64,000 bases of DNA from the human T2T-CHM13v2.0 reference genome, Homo sapiens, in the NCBI RefSeq assembly GCF_009914755.1, contig NC_060927.1; one strand, 5' to 3'. Below are positions 18,556-35,554 of the stretch, piece after piece. The position numbers and the translations under genes were made by a program. The stretch's first letter is position 1; the number at the start of each line of letters is the position of its first letter. The notes under the pieces were generated by a model. It saw nothing but the letters and a program-made list of their open reading frames with translations, searched no databases and was not told where the DNA came from.

Positions 18556-19023
18556 TATATACACCATAAAATTGTTACATGTTTGGTTTATGTTGACACA
18601 TAACAACTGTGTTATTGGCATTCCATTAGACCAGGCAAAGATTGAGGTGGAGAGCTAACTGTCAAATCACTTAATGAATGCAAAGAAGTGATTTTGAAAT
18701 TAGGAGGTAGAGAGAGAGAGGTATGATGATAACTTGTTAACCTGCAAATTGGAGGTATTTTATAAAGGAAAAATGGAAGAGGTGAGAAAGTGTTGTGAAA
18801 GACCAGAAGGTTAGTTTTAATATATTTCATTCAGGATATGGGGACACAGAGCAGAATTCTCCGTTCTAGGGAGTAGCAAGATCTTCAAATATGACCATAG
18901 CTGGAGAGTATACATAATATAGGAAAAGTTGAAGTTGGGATATTTATTGACATCTGAATAGATTTGTTAAATGTATAAGTTAAAGAAAAAGACACTAATT
19001 CAGAAGGTGGGTAAAAGTTTATA

Positions 19024-19260
19024 GCAGTGGCTCTCAAGTGGGTTGATTTTGCCAAATGTCTCATTAGTCCATTTGGAAATATCTGAAGGAAATTTGGATT
19101 GTCACAGCTCAGGCAAAGTATAGGAGGCATACTGCAGGCATCCAGCAGGTAGACACCAGGGATGTTGATAAACATCCTATGATACGTGGGGCATTCTCCA
19201 ACAACAAACCATTATATAGCATATTCAAAGTGTGCATACTGCTAAAATTGAGAAAACTTG
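19024..19260. mobile_element. MER20 (hAT-Charlie non-autonomous DNA transposon)
   Basis: CAGTGGCTCTCAA...TTGGATTGTCACA...GGCATCCAGCAGGTAGACACCAGGGATGTTGATAAACATCCTA...TTGAGAAAAC. Confidence 0.85.
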
Positions 19261-19352
19261 GGTTAAGGACTAGTCTGAAGGTTGTTGATGAAAATGGAGA
19301 TAGGAAGATGTGATCCAAGAAACTGAAGCAAAGACAAAATAAAATTAAAATC

Positions 19353-22274
<2,922 letters not shown>

Positions 22275-22419
22275 TTAAAATCCTTAAAAGAACTGTTGTT
22301 TCTTTGGCCCTTGTTTACTTCACCTTAAGTGATATTTATATTGTTTTTCTGAAACACATGTAAAAACTTTATGTGTTGTAAGTTTCTAATAAGTGCCTTA
22401 AAAATAAAAATGATTCCAT

Positions 22420-23090
22420 TCTAATGGAGAGTAAGCACGACTCCCCACTCCATGTGTGTTGTCCATAGTAACTTCCTTCCAAAGAGGAAGTACAGTACTG
22501 AGAGAAGTAACATAGAGTCACTGTAGAGTGAAACCTGACAAACACTACTTCAAGCGCGTGGTCAAGGTTAACATGGACAGTGATAAATCGTGTTGATAGT
22601 ATGTACCATTGATGATGTGATGAAAATGACAATGTATTAAATATCTCTGTGCTCTTCCTCCCACCAACCAATAACCCCAGTCTAATCATAAGAAAAACAT
22701 AAAATAAATTCCAATGGAAGGACATGTTATAATATACCTCTACTCTCAAAACTGTCAGCGTTATTAAAAACCAGGAAAGTTAGAGAAATTGTCATAGCCA
22801 AGAGGCGCCTAAGGACATATGACAATTAAATTCAATATGGTAACCTGAATGAAATCCTGGATTAGAAAAAGAACATTAAATAAGGCAATCTGAATAAATG
22901 ATATATGTTAGCTAATGTTATTAATATATCAATACTGGTTTATTATTTGTAACAAATAACTTGTTACAAATAAATTTTTCATAACAAACATTACGTAAGA
23001 TGTTAATCATGGGGAGAACTGCAGGGGGAGGGGAATATAGGAACTCTGCATCAGTTGTTTCATTTTTCCATAAATCTAAAACTTATAAAA
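22420..23090 (+). mobile_element. L1MC-type 3' end relic
   Basis: GGTCAAGGTTAACAT...CCCCAGTCTAATCAT...GGAACTCTG...TAAATCTAAAAC. Confidence 0.65.
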
Positions 23091-23627
23091 ATGAAGAGTT
23101 TTTATCTGCTAATAAAAATCTTTTGAATAAATGAAGAGTTTTTACCAAAAACATGATAATGATAAATGTAGTCTATGCTAACATTTGATAAATTAAAAAC
23201 TGATAAACGTTCTTTGCAGTTTTTTGGGAACTTACTTACAAAGTAACAGTAAAACATTAGATAATTTACTTTTATCACTTTTCCATATGTTCTTTAGATA
23301 AAAACAGCTTGCAGCTAACTAGCAAAAATATACTAAAGATATTTATATGATACCAATCTAATTTCTTGAGGTGTTGAAGTATGACACATTAGTCTACTAG
23401 ACTGTAATCTATAAAATTTTTTTGCTTAGATGATAACTTTAAACTAACACAACAAAATAAAAGGTTAAATTCAAAAGATGAGTTATCATTGACCTTGAGA
23501 AAGTCTTTGTAATTGCTGTTTTCCACTAAGATATTCATATGAATTTTAATTTTTACCACATCATAACTTGGAATATACAAAATGCTAGCTACAACTTTAT
23601 TTAATTTTTTAAAAAAAATAATGGTAG

Positions 23628-24250
<623 letters not shown>

Positions 24251-25588
24251 CTAGACCATTCCATTTGAGGACAAAGGGCAAGAATTAACATTTATTGTGG
24301 TTTGCAACCTTAACATGTACCTTCCCGTTTATTTGCACAGAATTTGACAGAAAATAAAACAGGCTGAGAAAGCTTAAGTCTTATTATTTCTTCCATGAAG
24401 TTAGTAAAGGTTGGGGTGCTGAAATGTTGACGCAAATCCAACTAAGACACCTATGCTCTTTTACACTGCAACCTTTAAGTGTGTCAACATATTTATCCAA
24501 ACATAAAAAGCAGATTGATAAGTTAAAATGATGGCAATCCTTGTATAGCTATTGAATGATATAGATTTGAAAGGGCAAATACATCCTTGAGCAAACAGGT
24601 TTCATCTTAAGGGCTAATATAGCTTTGGAAAATATTCTGTATAAAGAGTTTAGCTTAATAAAAAATGGTGTTTCCATATGGTAAAGTGAAAGAGCCACTG
24701 AACAAAAGTACATTGTTTCCTTTCCCATTGTATTTGTCTTTGCAGCCCTCAAGTAATCAATTTTATTTATGTTGAACATCTCAAAGCATAAAATTGATCT
24801 GAAGTTCTGAAGAGCCTTACATTTAGCATTAACACCAAAAAAGATTCTGCAACTCCATAAATACCCATATGCACATACACATGTGCATGCACACACACAT
24901 GTGCATGCACACACTCATACATTGCTTCCCAGAGAATCTCATTTTTTCTACTTTCCCCTACCTATTATTTATAGTTATTTATTTATTTGTTTTTGTCATA
25001 TCCCAGTCTCAGTCCTTCCTTTCTCCACCTAAGCAAAAACTCTCATAGTTTAATATGTATCTTCTGGCTTGCAGGTGTTTTCACAAAATATGTGTTGTAT
25101 TTTGAGCATAAAATTGAACCTACATAAATAATTTTGTGTTATGCATCTAATTCTTTTTCTTGCTGTTTTAATTAAAGCCTATGTGTCTTTCTGTACTATC
25201 AATATAACACTTAATTGGTTGTTTTAAACCTCTGAATAATACTCTGAGTCTTGAAAACAGCACATTTTTCCACTCAGAGTCATGCAGGTTGCCTTTTAGC
25301 TTGCTAAAACAACAAATAGAACCTTGAACATCCTCACATGTGCCCACTGACAGTGCTGTGTTAGAATTTCCATTGCATAATACCTAGAACTGTTAAGTCC
25401 TAATGAGGATAGGCATAAGTCAATTTTACTTGGTTTACCAGAGTTTGCTTCAGAATGGGATGCAACTTGCAGTACCAGGGAATATTTATAATGCCATATC
25501 CCCACACATTTGGCATTCTCTAACATTTTTGTTTTTCAGACTTAGTAAAGTTATATCTCATGACTGTTTTAATGATCATTTCCCTTAT

Positions 25589-26739
25589 TGTGTCTGGAAT
25601 TTGTGGGTTCTTGATCTCGCTGACTTCAAGAATGAAGCCACAGACCCTTGTGGTGAGTGTTACAGTTCTTAAAGATGGTGTGTCCAGAGTTGTTCATTTC
25701 TCCTGTCCAGAGTTGTTTGTTCCTCCCGGTGGGTTTGTGGTCTTGCTGTCTTCAAGAGTGAAGCTGCACCCTTCCCAGTGAGTGTTACAGCTCTTAAAGG
25801 TGGAACAGAGTTGTTCATTCCTTGCAGTGGGTTCGTGGTCTCACTGGCCTCTGGAGTGAAGTTGCAGACCTTTGCTGTGCGGGTTACAGCTCTTAAATGC
25901 AGTGCAGACCCAAAGGGTGAGCAGCAGCAAGATTTATTGTGAAGAGTGAAAGAACAAAGCTTCCACAGCATGGAAGGTGACCAGAGCTGGTTGCACTGCT
26001 GGCTCGGGTGGCCTGCTTTTATTCCCTTATTTGGCCCCACCCACATCCTGCTGATTGGTCCATTTTGATAGAATGCTGATTGGTGCATTTACAAGCCTTT
26101 AGCTAGACACCAAGTGCTGATTGGTGCATTTACAATCCTTTAGCTAGACACAAAAGTTCTCCAAGTTCCCTACCCCATTAGCTAGACACAGAGCGCTGAT
26201 TGGTGTGTTTACAAACCTTTAGCTAGATGCAGAGTGCTGACTGGTGCATTTACAATCCTTTAGCTAGACACCAAGTGCTGATTGGTGCGTTTACAATCCT
26301 TTCAGTAGACAGAAAACTTCTCCACGTCCCCATCCATCCTAGAAGCCCAGCCAGCTTCACTTCGCACTGGCACTCACTGTGGGACTTTGGGGCACCTAGC
26401 CCGGGCATTCCGGCAGCCCAGAGCTCGTCCCCCCATCAAGCCTAGCAGGCGACAGCTAGCCCCTGCGAGTGCAGGGTCTGTGGAGCCCGTGCCCACCTGG
26501 AACCCATACACGCCCGTGAGCACCATCCGCAGCCCCGGCGCCCGCCTGTGCCTCTTCCTCCATACCTCCCCGCAAGCAGAGGGAGCCGGCCTCTGCCAGC
26601 CCCAGAGAGGGGCCCCCACAGTGCAGCGGGGGGCTGAAGGGCTCCTCAAGCATGGCCAGAGCGAACGCCGAGGCTGAGGAGGTGCCGAGAGTCAGCGAGG
26701 GCTGCTAGCACATTGTCACCTCTCAATTGTCACCTCTCA
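25589..26739 (-). mobile_element. LTR12 (HERV9) solo LTR
   Basis: TGTGTCTGGAATT...GACTTCAAGAATGAAGCC, tandem GCTGATTGGTGCATTTAC repeats, a GC-rich segment, and the terminus GTCACCTCTCA. TSD TTAT at 25585-25588 and 26740-26743. Confidence 0.95.
26040..26300 (-). promoter_or_regulatory. LTR12 tandem CCAAT (NF-Y) repeats
   Basis: Five GATTGG motifs (CCAATC on minus) plus one GACTGG variant in repeated units. This is the established NF-Y enhancer array of ERV9 LTRs. Activity of this copy is unknown. Confidence 0.6.
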
Positions 26740-27054
26740 TTATTACACTCAAAAGTTTGAGATCCCACTTTTATGTATTCTGCATATAACTGTTGGCAAT
26801 TTTTCTATTGTAGCTGCTGACGTTTCTAATTTGTAAGAATTTCATTTACATTACAGATATTAATCCCTTGACAGTTTGGGGCAATATAAATATCTACTTT
26901 TCATCATCTATTAACATTTTCCATGATGAGCATGATGCACTCTGTTAAATAAAAATTTGTAACTTTAAATAAATCAATTCCAATTTGCTTACGGTTTGAA
27001 CTGCTTTTTAGGAAATCCATTGAAGTATAAAATGCATACAGATGAAACAATATT

Positions 27055-28830
27055 ATTATCAATAAATGATGCTGGGAAGAATGGAAGTCGATATGGAAAA
27101 AAATGAACCTCATATCTAACACAAAAGTTAAATTAATGTGTATCATTTACCTAAATGTTAAATGTAAACTACAAAACATCAAGGAGAATATATAGGAGAA
27201 AATCTGTGTGGCCTTGTGTTTAGTGATGACTGTATAGACACAACACAGAAAGCAATAATCTATGAAATTGAAAATTGGTAAATTAGACTTTATTAAAATT
27301 AAAAATATTTACTCTGGAAAAGGCATCATTAAGAGAATAAAACAACAAGACACAGACTTCTAGAAAATATTTGCAAACTGCATACCTGAAAATAAAAAAC
27401 TGTATTCAAAATAAACAAATAACTTTTAAAAATCAACAATAAGAAAACAACCCAATTAAAAATTGGGCAAAAGATCAGAATAAATATGTAATTTAAGAAG
27501 CTATGCAAGTGCCAAATAAGCAACATAAAAAGGTGCTGAATATCATTTGTCATTAGGGAAATTTAAATTAAAACAACAGCATACCACTACAAACCTATTT
27601 GAATAGCTAAAATTTCAAAAGTGATGATACCAATTGCTGGTGAGAATTAGAAGCAACAAAACTGTTCCTCATTGCTGGTGAAATGCAAATGGCATAGCCA
27701 CATTGGAAGATAATTTGGTGGTTCTTATAAACTTAAACATAATCTTATATGATCCAGCAATTGCACTCCTGGGTAAGTCTCTAACTGGTTTGAAGGTTTA
27801 TGTCCACACCAAAACCTGCAATTGAATGAAGCTTTATTCATAACCACCAAAATCTGTAAATAACAAAAATATCTTTCAACAGGTAAATTGATAAACACAC
27901 TTGTTATATCCATACACTATACTACTATTCAGAAATAAAAAAGAATTATCTATCAATCCATGCAACATAATAGATTAATCTTAAATTTATATTGCTAAGT
28001 GTAAGATCCCAATCTGAAAGGGCTATATATTGTATGATTCCAATTATCTGACATTCTGAAAAGGCAAAATTATAGAGACTGCAAATAGATCAGTGATTTC
28101 AGGAGTGCAGGGGAGAGGGTGCTTACAGTGGTGAAACAATTTTGTATGATACTGTAATCGTGGATACATGACCCTATGCATTTGTCAAAATCCATAGGAC
28201 TTCACAGCACAAAGAGTGAACCTTAATGTATGCTATGAAATAAAAAGCAAAATAAGACCTCAACCTTTCCAGATGAGATAGACTCCCTGTGGCTAATAGA
28301 AATGCTCTAAATTTAAAAGCACAACCGGGCAGCCATAGCAGGGTGAGAAACAGCAGTTACATCCTGGGTTCTTGGGAAAAGCAGCTCTTGACAAGCATCC
28401 TGCTTTACATCCCTGCACTAGAACACTTCCTATGAACAGAATCCAGATAAACTGCAGCGGGAACACCCAACCCACCACCAGCCATTGGAAAGTAACATCT
28501 GAGGGAGACCTCTGGTTTTGAGCTTGGAAACCACCCAAGCAAGGCTTGACTATTTTGACCCATCAGAACTGAACAAGTTTGAATCTTTCATTTGCAGAAA
28601 TGAATCTGATTGAGAACCTGGGTGACAACTGTCCTTGTTTAATTAAGGCAGACGTTCCCTTTGTTCTTCAGAGTGCACTTTTGTTTTGCACCCAGGGCTG
28701 CAGCTCCCTAATCTGCAGATTCCTTTTTTAGAAAATAAAGTTCTCCTTTGCCTCTGCAGAGCTCACTGATCTTTGGTTAGCAATGCAAATTATTTTAAAA
28801 ATCATTTAAGAGATCAAGAAAACCCAAGAC
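27055..28830 (+). mobile_element. L1MC-type ORF2 end and 3' UTR, interrupted by an LTR
   Basis: AATAAATGATGCTGGGAAGAA...ATATGATCCAGCAATTGCACTCCTGGGTA...GTGAACCTTAATGTATGC. Confidence 0.75.
28234..28782 (+). mobile_element. ERV1-class solo LTR (MER34/MER39-like; family uncertain)
   Basis: ATGC TSD at 28230-28233 and 28783-28786, AATAAA near the 3' end, CA terminus. It interrupts the L1 cleanly. Confidence 0.65.
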
Positions 28831-29599
28831 CACCACAAGAACTCACCTTGTGCCTCATTTTTGTCAATATTTCTAAATCCTTTAGAATATTCACTGTTCT
28901 GCTTCGTAATTCCATATTTTATTTCTGAGATTTACATTACTGTTAGTAGTTGTAAATCATTTATTTTCTTCTTAGTACAATATTTCATAGTGGTATATAC
29001 CACAATCTATTTATTCACACTGTTTTAAATGGGTATGTGTTGAATTCCATTATAATATCATAGAGAATATTGCTGCTATAAACATTCTAAAACATGAAAG
29101 ATAGTCGACATAAGGACACATTTCTGTTGTGTATCTGTCTGTGCTAATTGTATATACATACAAACAGCTTTAGTGAATAATGCCAAATATATTTCCAAAA
29201 TAGATATACCAATTTTTACTCTTATCTGCAGTGTATGAGATTTTCAGTTGCTCCATGTCCTCTCCAACACTTGGAATCTGCCTCCATTATTTTAGCCATT
29301 ATGCTGAATGTACAGTCCTATCTCAATGTGGTATGCCTGGCACTTCCCTGATGACTAATGAAATTAAGTACATTTTAATATGTTGAATAGCCATTTGTAT
29401 ATTCTTTTGTGTATTGTTTTGTTTAAGATTCTAGCTCCCATTTTTATCATTCAGTTTTTGTTTTCTTGTTGATTTGTAGGAATTCTTTATATATTCTATT
29501 AAAAGACTTTTATCAGATACTGGTGTTAGGAATGTTTTATCCCATGTGGGTGTTAATTTTTTAATTTTTGTTTTTCAAAGATGGCTAGAAGAGATGGGG

Positions 29600-29922
29600 T
29601 CTGGATACTCGTTTTCTCTTTCTGTATTTCCGCATTTTATGCAGCTTCTCCATGTGGATAGTTTGCTCTTTGAATGTTTGCCTCAGGGAATTTGCAGTAC
29701 CTATGCAGTTGCTGTCTTCTCCCAGAGCACATGTCCTCCACGTGACGTGGAGGTTGCTAGTTCTCTTAAAAGCTATGCTTGGACTAGGCAGAGCATCTCT
29801 TCTGACATAGTCTACTTGATACAAAGTTCCAAGATGAGCCCATTTTCAAGGAGCGGAATGAAAAACTTTACAATGCAATAAGGTGAGTGAAAAAGAATTG
29901 TCAGTTGTCTTTAACCCACCAC
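29600..29922 (-). mobile_element. Old MaLR LTR fragment (MLT1J/K-like)
   Basis: CTTCTCCATGTGG...GTCTTTAACCCACCACA terminus. Degenerate. Confidence 0.45.
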
Positions 29923-30249
29923 ATACACTGGTTTCATTGTTCTGTTGTAAAGTCATCATTTTTTTTTAATTGATCATCACTTAACCACAATCAAAAGTAA
30001 AAAATGTGATGTTTTGACATATGCATGCACCAATGAAAATATCACAATAAAATAGTGACAATATCTACTACTCCCAAGTTTTCTTTGTGGCCCTTTGTAC
30101 CTTTCTCCAGTCAATCGTCTATGCATCTTTGTCAAAACCAGTCATTTATAAGTGTGTGTGTCTATTTCTGGAATCTCTGTTCTGTTCCATTAATCTATTT
30201 GGCTATCCTGATTTCTTGATTAGGGTAGCTTTATAATAGATATAGAAGC

Positions 30250-30660
30250 TGTTACTGGTTGTAAGGTGTCCAGGTTCTTAGCGTCTTGAACAAAGAAGCA
30301 GACAAATCACACAAACAAAGCAAGGAAAGAATGAAGCAACAGAAGCAGAGATTTATTGAAAATGAAAGTACACTCCACTGGGTGGGAGGTGGACCCAAGC
30401 ATAGAGGCTTAGGAGCCCCGTTACAGAATTTTCTGGGGGTTAAATACCCTCTAGAGGATTCCATTGGTTACCTGCTCTATGCCATATGTAAATGAAAAGG
30501 ATGGAGTGAAATTACAAAGTCATTTACTTGTTGTATGCCCTATGTAAATGGAGAGGGTATTTCCTGTCATACTTGAAGTGTTTCCATTTGATTTAGTTCT
30601 AGGAAGTCAGCATGAATGAGACTTATGTTCCCTGCCTCCAGACCCTATTCTCCTGCCTCA
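30250..30660 (-). mobile_element. MER51-family ERV1 solo LTR
   Basis: Reverse complement starts TGAGGCAGGAGAATAGGGTCTGGAGGCAGGGAAC and ends TAACA. TSD AAGC/AAGT. Confidence 0.85.
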
Positions 30661-32984
30661 AAGTCAGAGAGTGTTAATCCTTCATAATAGTCCTTTTTAA
30701 AAAATAAAAGTAGTTTTGGCATTGTAGCTTTTTTGCATTTCCATACAAATTTTTTAATCACTTTTCAATTTCTCAACATATTTTTTAAACAAAAGCCTCC
30801 TGGGATTTTGATTGGGATTGTATTGAATCTAGAGATCAGTTTAGAAAGAACTGGTATCTTAACAATATTGAAACTTTTAAGCCCTTTAAGTCTGATTTTC
30901 TCTTAGAAATGTTTTATAGGTTTGAATGTGCAGGACTTCCACATTCTTTGTCAGATTTATCCCTAAGTACTTCATCTTTTATGCTAACTATCACTGTGGT
31001 GAAAGCTCACAAATTTTGATATGCTGTGTTTTCATTTTCATTGATTTAAAATTACTTACTGTCCTTTTGAGTTTCCTTTGGCCCTTGGTTGTTTACAAGT
31101 GTATTACTTGAATTCTAAATATTTGAGAATTTACAGATATCTGATAGTGATTTCTAATTTAATTCCGTAATATTCAGAGAACATACTTTGTATGACTTGG
31201 ATACATTTAAATGTATTGATACTTGATTTATGGACAAGAAATTATATGGCAAGAAGTTGTAATATTCACTTCAAGCATTTCTATTATTAAGTGCATGTTT
31301 AGAATTATTATGTCCTCTTGATGGCTCTGTTATGAAAGCTCTTTTAAATCCCTGATAATATCCTTTGTGTTAAAATCTATTCTATTATCACAATCCTTCC
31401 AACTTATTTTTCATTAGTGTTTGGGTGGTATGCCTTTATCCCTCCATTTACATCTAATGTGTTTGTATCATTATATTTAAAGTGCATGTCTTATAATTGG
31501 GATCTTTAGAACATTTATATTTTATTTGTTTTCTATTTGTCCCATCTGTTTCCATTTTTTTAAAATTTTTTTAATGATCACATTTTATCTCCTTTGTTGG
31601 TTTATTAGCTATATGTCACTGTTTTGTCATTTTATTGGCTGCTTTAGGGTTTATTGCATTTATCTTTTACTTACTATGGTCTATATCAATGTACTATTAC
31701 ACTATTTTACGTATAGTATGAAAACCTTATAAAATTTAATTTCCACTTTTCCCTATCAGTCTTTATGATGTTGATATCATGCATTATGCATGTTATAAGC
31801 CCCATAATACATTTTTATTGCTGTTGATTATCTTTTAAAATACTTATGTAATTTGAAAAATTCTTATATATTCTCCCACGTAGTTACCATAGGCAGTGCA
31901 CTTCAATTGTTTTTATACAGCCATATTTCCATCTGAGATTATTTTCCTTCTGCCTGAGGGATTTTCTCAACATTTATTATAGGGCAATCTATTGGTGATG
32001 AATTTTTTCAGTTTTTGTGGTCTTTAATTCACCTTTGTTTTTGAAAAATATTTTTGCTATACAGAATATGTGGCTGTTAGTTTTTTTCTTTCAGCATTTT
32101 AAATAAGTATCTTCTGACTTGCATTTTTATGAGAAATCACTGCCATTTTTATTCTCTTTGTATAACATGCCTCTTTAGCTACTTTTAAGTTTCTGGGTTT
32201 TTTTAATCATGGGTTTTAAGCAATTTGATTAAGATATGTCTTGTGTAGTTTGATTCCATGTTCTTGTGCTTCACTTCATTAGTTTCTTAGCTCAATGGAT
32301 TTATGGTTCTCACCAATTTGGAAATATTTAAGTATTATTTATTTAAACATTTTTTCTATTCCCTCCTATCACTCTCTTCTCTCCCAATTACACAAATATT
32401 AGGTCAGTCAAAGCTCACTAAAGGTCTTCATTTTAAATAATTCTGCTTTTCTCTACGTATTTAACCTCGGATAGTTTCTGTTACTATGTCTTCAACTCTA
32501 CTAAACTTTTATGGTATGGTATCATATCTGTCATTAATTCTATCCAGTGTATTTTTATCTCACGCATTGATTTTTCATCTCTAGAGGATGGAGTTTTGTT
32601 TCAGTCTTCCCTAGATCTACTTAACTTTGTGAATATATGGAATACAATTATGTTAAGTTTAAATGTCCTTGTCTGCTACTTCTAATATCTTCAGTTCTGC
32701 ATTGGTTTCAACTGATTTAGGGCTGATTATGTGCGTTTTTTTACCGCTGCGTTGTATTTCTGGTAATTTTCATTGGATACAATAGAGAGAATCTTACCTT
32801 GTTGTCTATAGCATATTTTTGTACTCCTTTAAATATCCTTGAGATTTTTTCTGTATTGTAGATAAGTTCTTTGAAATCATTTTTATCTATTTGGGTCTTG
32901 CTTTTAAGATTTGTTAATCAGGACCCAAACAGGATGTACGTGAGTGCTAGTTATTCTCCACTACTGAAGCCAGATTATTCTAAA

Positions 32985-33619
32985 TGATACAGGAGTTAAA
33001 AGGAAATTCTTTAGGCAGTTAGTGAGGGTAAGAGAGTCCTTAATAAAGCTTCCCTTTTAGCAAAAAGCAGCCTCAAAATTATTTCTTTTCTAACAAAGAC
33101 CAGCTTGTAAAATCGAGCTACAGACATAAATAAGCAAGCTGGAAGCTTGCATAGGTAAATGCTGGCAGCTGTGCCACTAGGAAAAGGCTAGCTGGGGGCC
33201 AGGTATGTTCAACAAGGAGGGAATCCCTCTTCTCTTTTTATTGTTGCTATGTGTGCATTAAAAAAGCAGGCAACATGGCGCCAGCCAGATAGAGATGCCA
33301 TCTGCATAATAAAAGATTAGGGTGGGATGGCCAGCCTCTTCCTGCACTATGTAACACACCTGGCCCAACCAATCTTCTGAGCCATATGTAAATCACATAC
33401 CACTTCCTCAAGCTCATCTGTAAAACCTCTTCCACTTCACCAGGGACCAGAAGACCCACTCAGGAGCCCCTCTCTCTCTGCAGGAAAGAGAATTTTCTCG
33501 TTTCTCTCACCTGTTAAACCTTTGCTCTTAAACTCATTCCTTGTGTGTCTGCGTCCTTGATTTCCTTGGCCTGAAGCAACAATCCTCGAGTATTACCCCA
33601 GATAAATGATGCCGCTTCA
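32985..33619 (+). mobile_element. MER50-type ERV1 solo LTR
   Basis: TGATACAGGAGTTAAAAGGAAATT...GCCGCTTCA with TAAA TSD on both sides. Confidence 0.85.
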
Positions 33620-34655
33620 TAAACACTTGACTAAATTCCCTGTAACTTATGAGGTTTCAATATTGGTAGTATTTCTTGCTGAAATATTAGGGACAATTCA
33701 TAGGCGAATCTATCTAGGCCCGTATTTTATTCTTGCATTAGTTTATTCATAGTTTTAATTATGGATTTAATCAAATGGATGTAATTATTAATTTATTTAA
33801 AACATACAGGACTATTCAGATTTTCTAGGTTTCTTACATATAAATTTTAGCCAGTTCTGATTTCACAATAAAAAATTCCATAACATACAAGAAAGCATAA
33901 GCCACTATAAGCAGAAGATACCAGAAAAAAATAAAAAGCAGAAATAGGTTTGTGTTAACATCAAAGACTGACTAGTCAAAGGAGACTACACTAATCATAG
34001 ATTTTACCCAGTACCTAACTTTACAAAAAACTCAGTACAGGTAAGAACCAGGTACAGCCAGAACTCCTTTTTGAAGGAACATTAAACTGTTAGTTGCAGC
34101 TTCCAAAAGTGTACTCTTCCTCCTGCATTAGATTGTATTTTGATTTTAGATTAACAGGCAGTTTTGAATAATGTATCTGAAAAATTATCTCAAATGAAGC
34201 CATTTTGGTTTGGAGGCTCCTTTGTTATACTCTTTGTCTGATGTACAATTAATAATTTGACTATTCATAACCCCAAAATCCATACATCTTTATTTTATTT
34301 ATAATAAAAAATACAGATTGCATATATACTGCTAATATAATCTATTAGATAGCAACTCCCCGTATATTTCAGCTAATAAATATTATTAAATTGCTTTTAA
34401 AATTTTCTGGTCAAAATCATGGGCAATTTGTAAGATCGTTTGGTCAATGCCATTCATTCCCCTATGTACACCCAAGTAGGGAAGGACTGAACTTGGTCTG
34501 CTATGAATGCTTTCCTTCTAAAACAAATACAGATTTTAGATTTGGAATATAAAATATAACCACACAGGAAAAAACTTAACAACAATGTCTCAAATTAAAT
34601 ATATGTTGTACAATTTAATATCTACTTCACAATCCTGACAATTTCACTCCATAAA

Positions 34656-35554
34656 TGAAACTACCTTTGCAAAATTATAACTGAGACAATGAAAGAGATC
34701 TGACCTAACCAACTCCATCTTGCTTCTAACCTCCAAGCTGTCCTTGTTCATTCCTGGGCAGAGATCAAACGAACTTTGGGAGGAATTTAGTTTATAGTCT
34801 AAAACAAAAATGATAACAGCCCTTTCCCAAAACAAACCCCCTTCTTCCCTGGGGACTAGACTTCCTTTGTAGAACTAACAAATTAGCCGAAAGATGAGAA
34901 CATATGATTTAGGAGTCATGCAGCTCAAGGCTACAAGATTCTGACCCTCCCCAAATTGCTCTTGGGGAAAACATCATTATTGTAAAACCTAAGATGAGTG
35001 TTAGAGATATTTTGCAGACCCTGCACTTAATGGATCAGCTGGCACCACCCAGATCAATAAACTGGCTCATCTGATTTGATAAACTAACTCATCTCATCTG
35101 GATTGCCAGCCATTATTCCAGAAGTCGCAAGATGTGCAACTTCCCCAATTTCTCCTGCAAATAGGATCACCATTGTAGAACCTAAGATTGGCCTTTTGAG
35201 ATGTCTTTTCAGGCTTTTGCCTTTGTGAAGACCAGATGGCCCCACCTAGACCAGTGACTCCCCTGTGGTCCCCACCCAGGAACTGACTCAGCGCAAGAGG
35301 ACAGATTGATTTCCCTATGATTTCATCTCCAATCCAACCAATCAGCACTCTGACTCACTGGCACCACACCCACCAAATTATCTTTAGAAACTCTGTCCCC
35401 AAATTCTCAGGGAGACTGATTTGAGTAATAGTAAAACTCCAGTCTCCCACACAGCCAGCTTTGCATGAATTACTCTTTCTCTATTGCAATTCTGCTGTCT
35501 TGTAAATTGGCTCTGTCTAGGCAGCAGGCAAGATGAACTTGTTGAGTGGTTACA
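34656..35554 (+). mobile_element. LTR8-family solo LTR
   Basis: TGAAACTACCTTTGCAAAATTATAACTGAGAC...GGTTACA. TSD TAAA. Confidence 0.9.

Larger units (their letters stand above)
28870..32980 (-). mobile_element. Fragmented ancient L1M (ORF2 to ORF1) with nested LTRs
   Basis: T-rich antisense L1 motifs (CTTCCCTGATGACTAATGA, TTGATTGGGATTGTATTGAATCT, GGTGATGAATTTTTTCAG). Confidence 0.65.

Noticed and set aside
24866-24914. (CA/TG) alternating tract as a Z-DNA element
   Set aside because: Short, common microsatellite with nothing distinctive.
26374-26677. GC-rich ORFs or a CpG-island gene promoter
   Set aside because: Fully explained by the LTR12 GC-rich segment.
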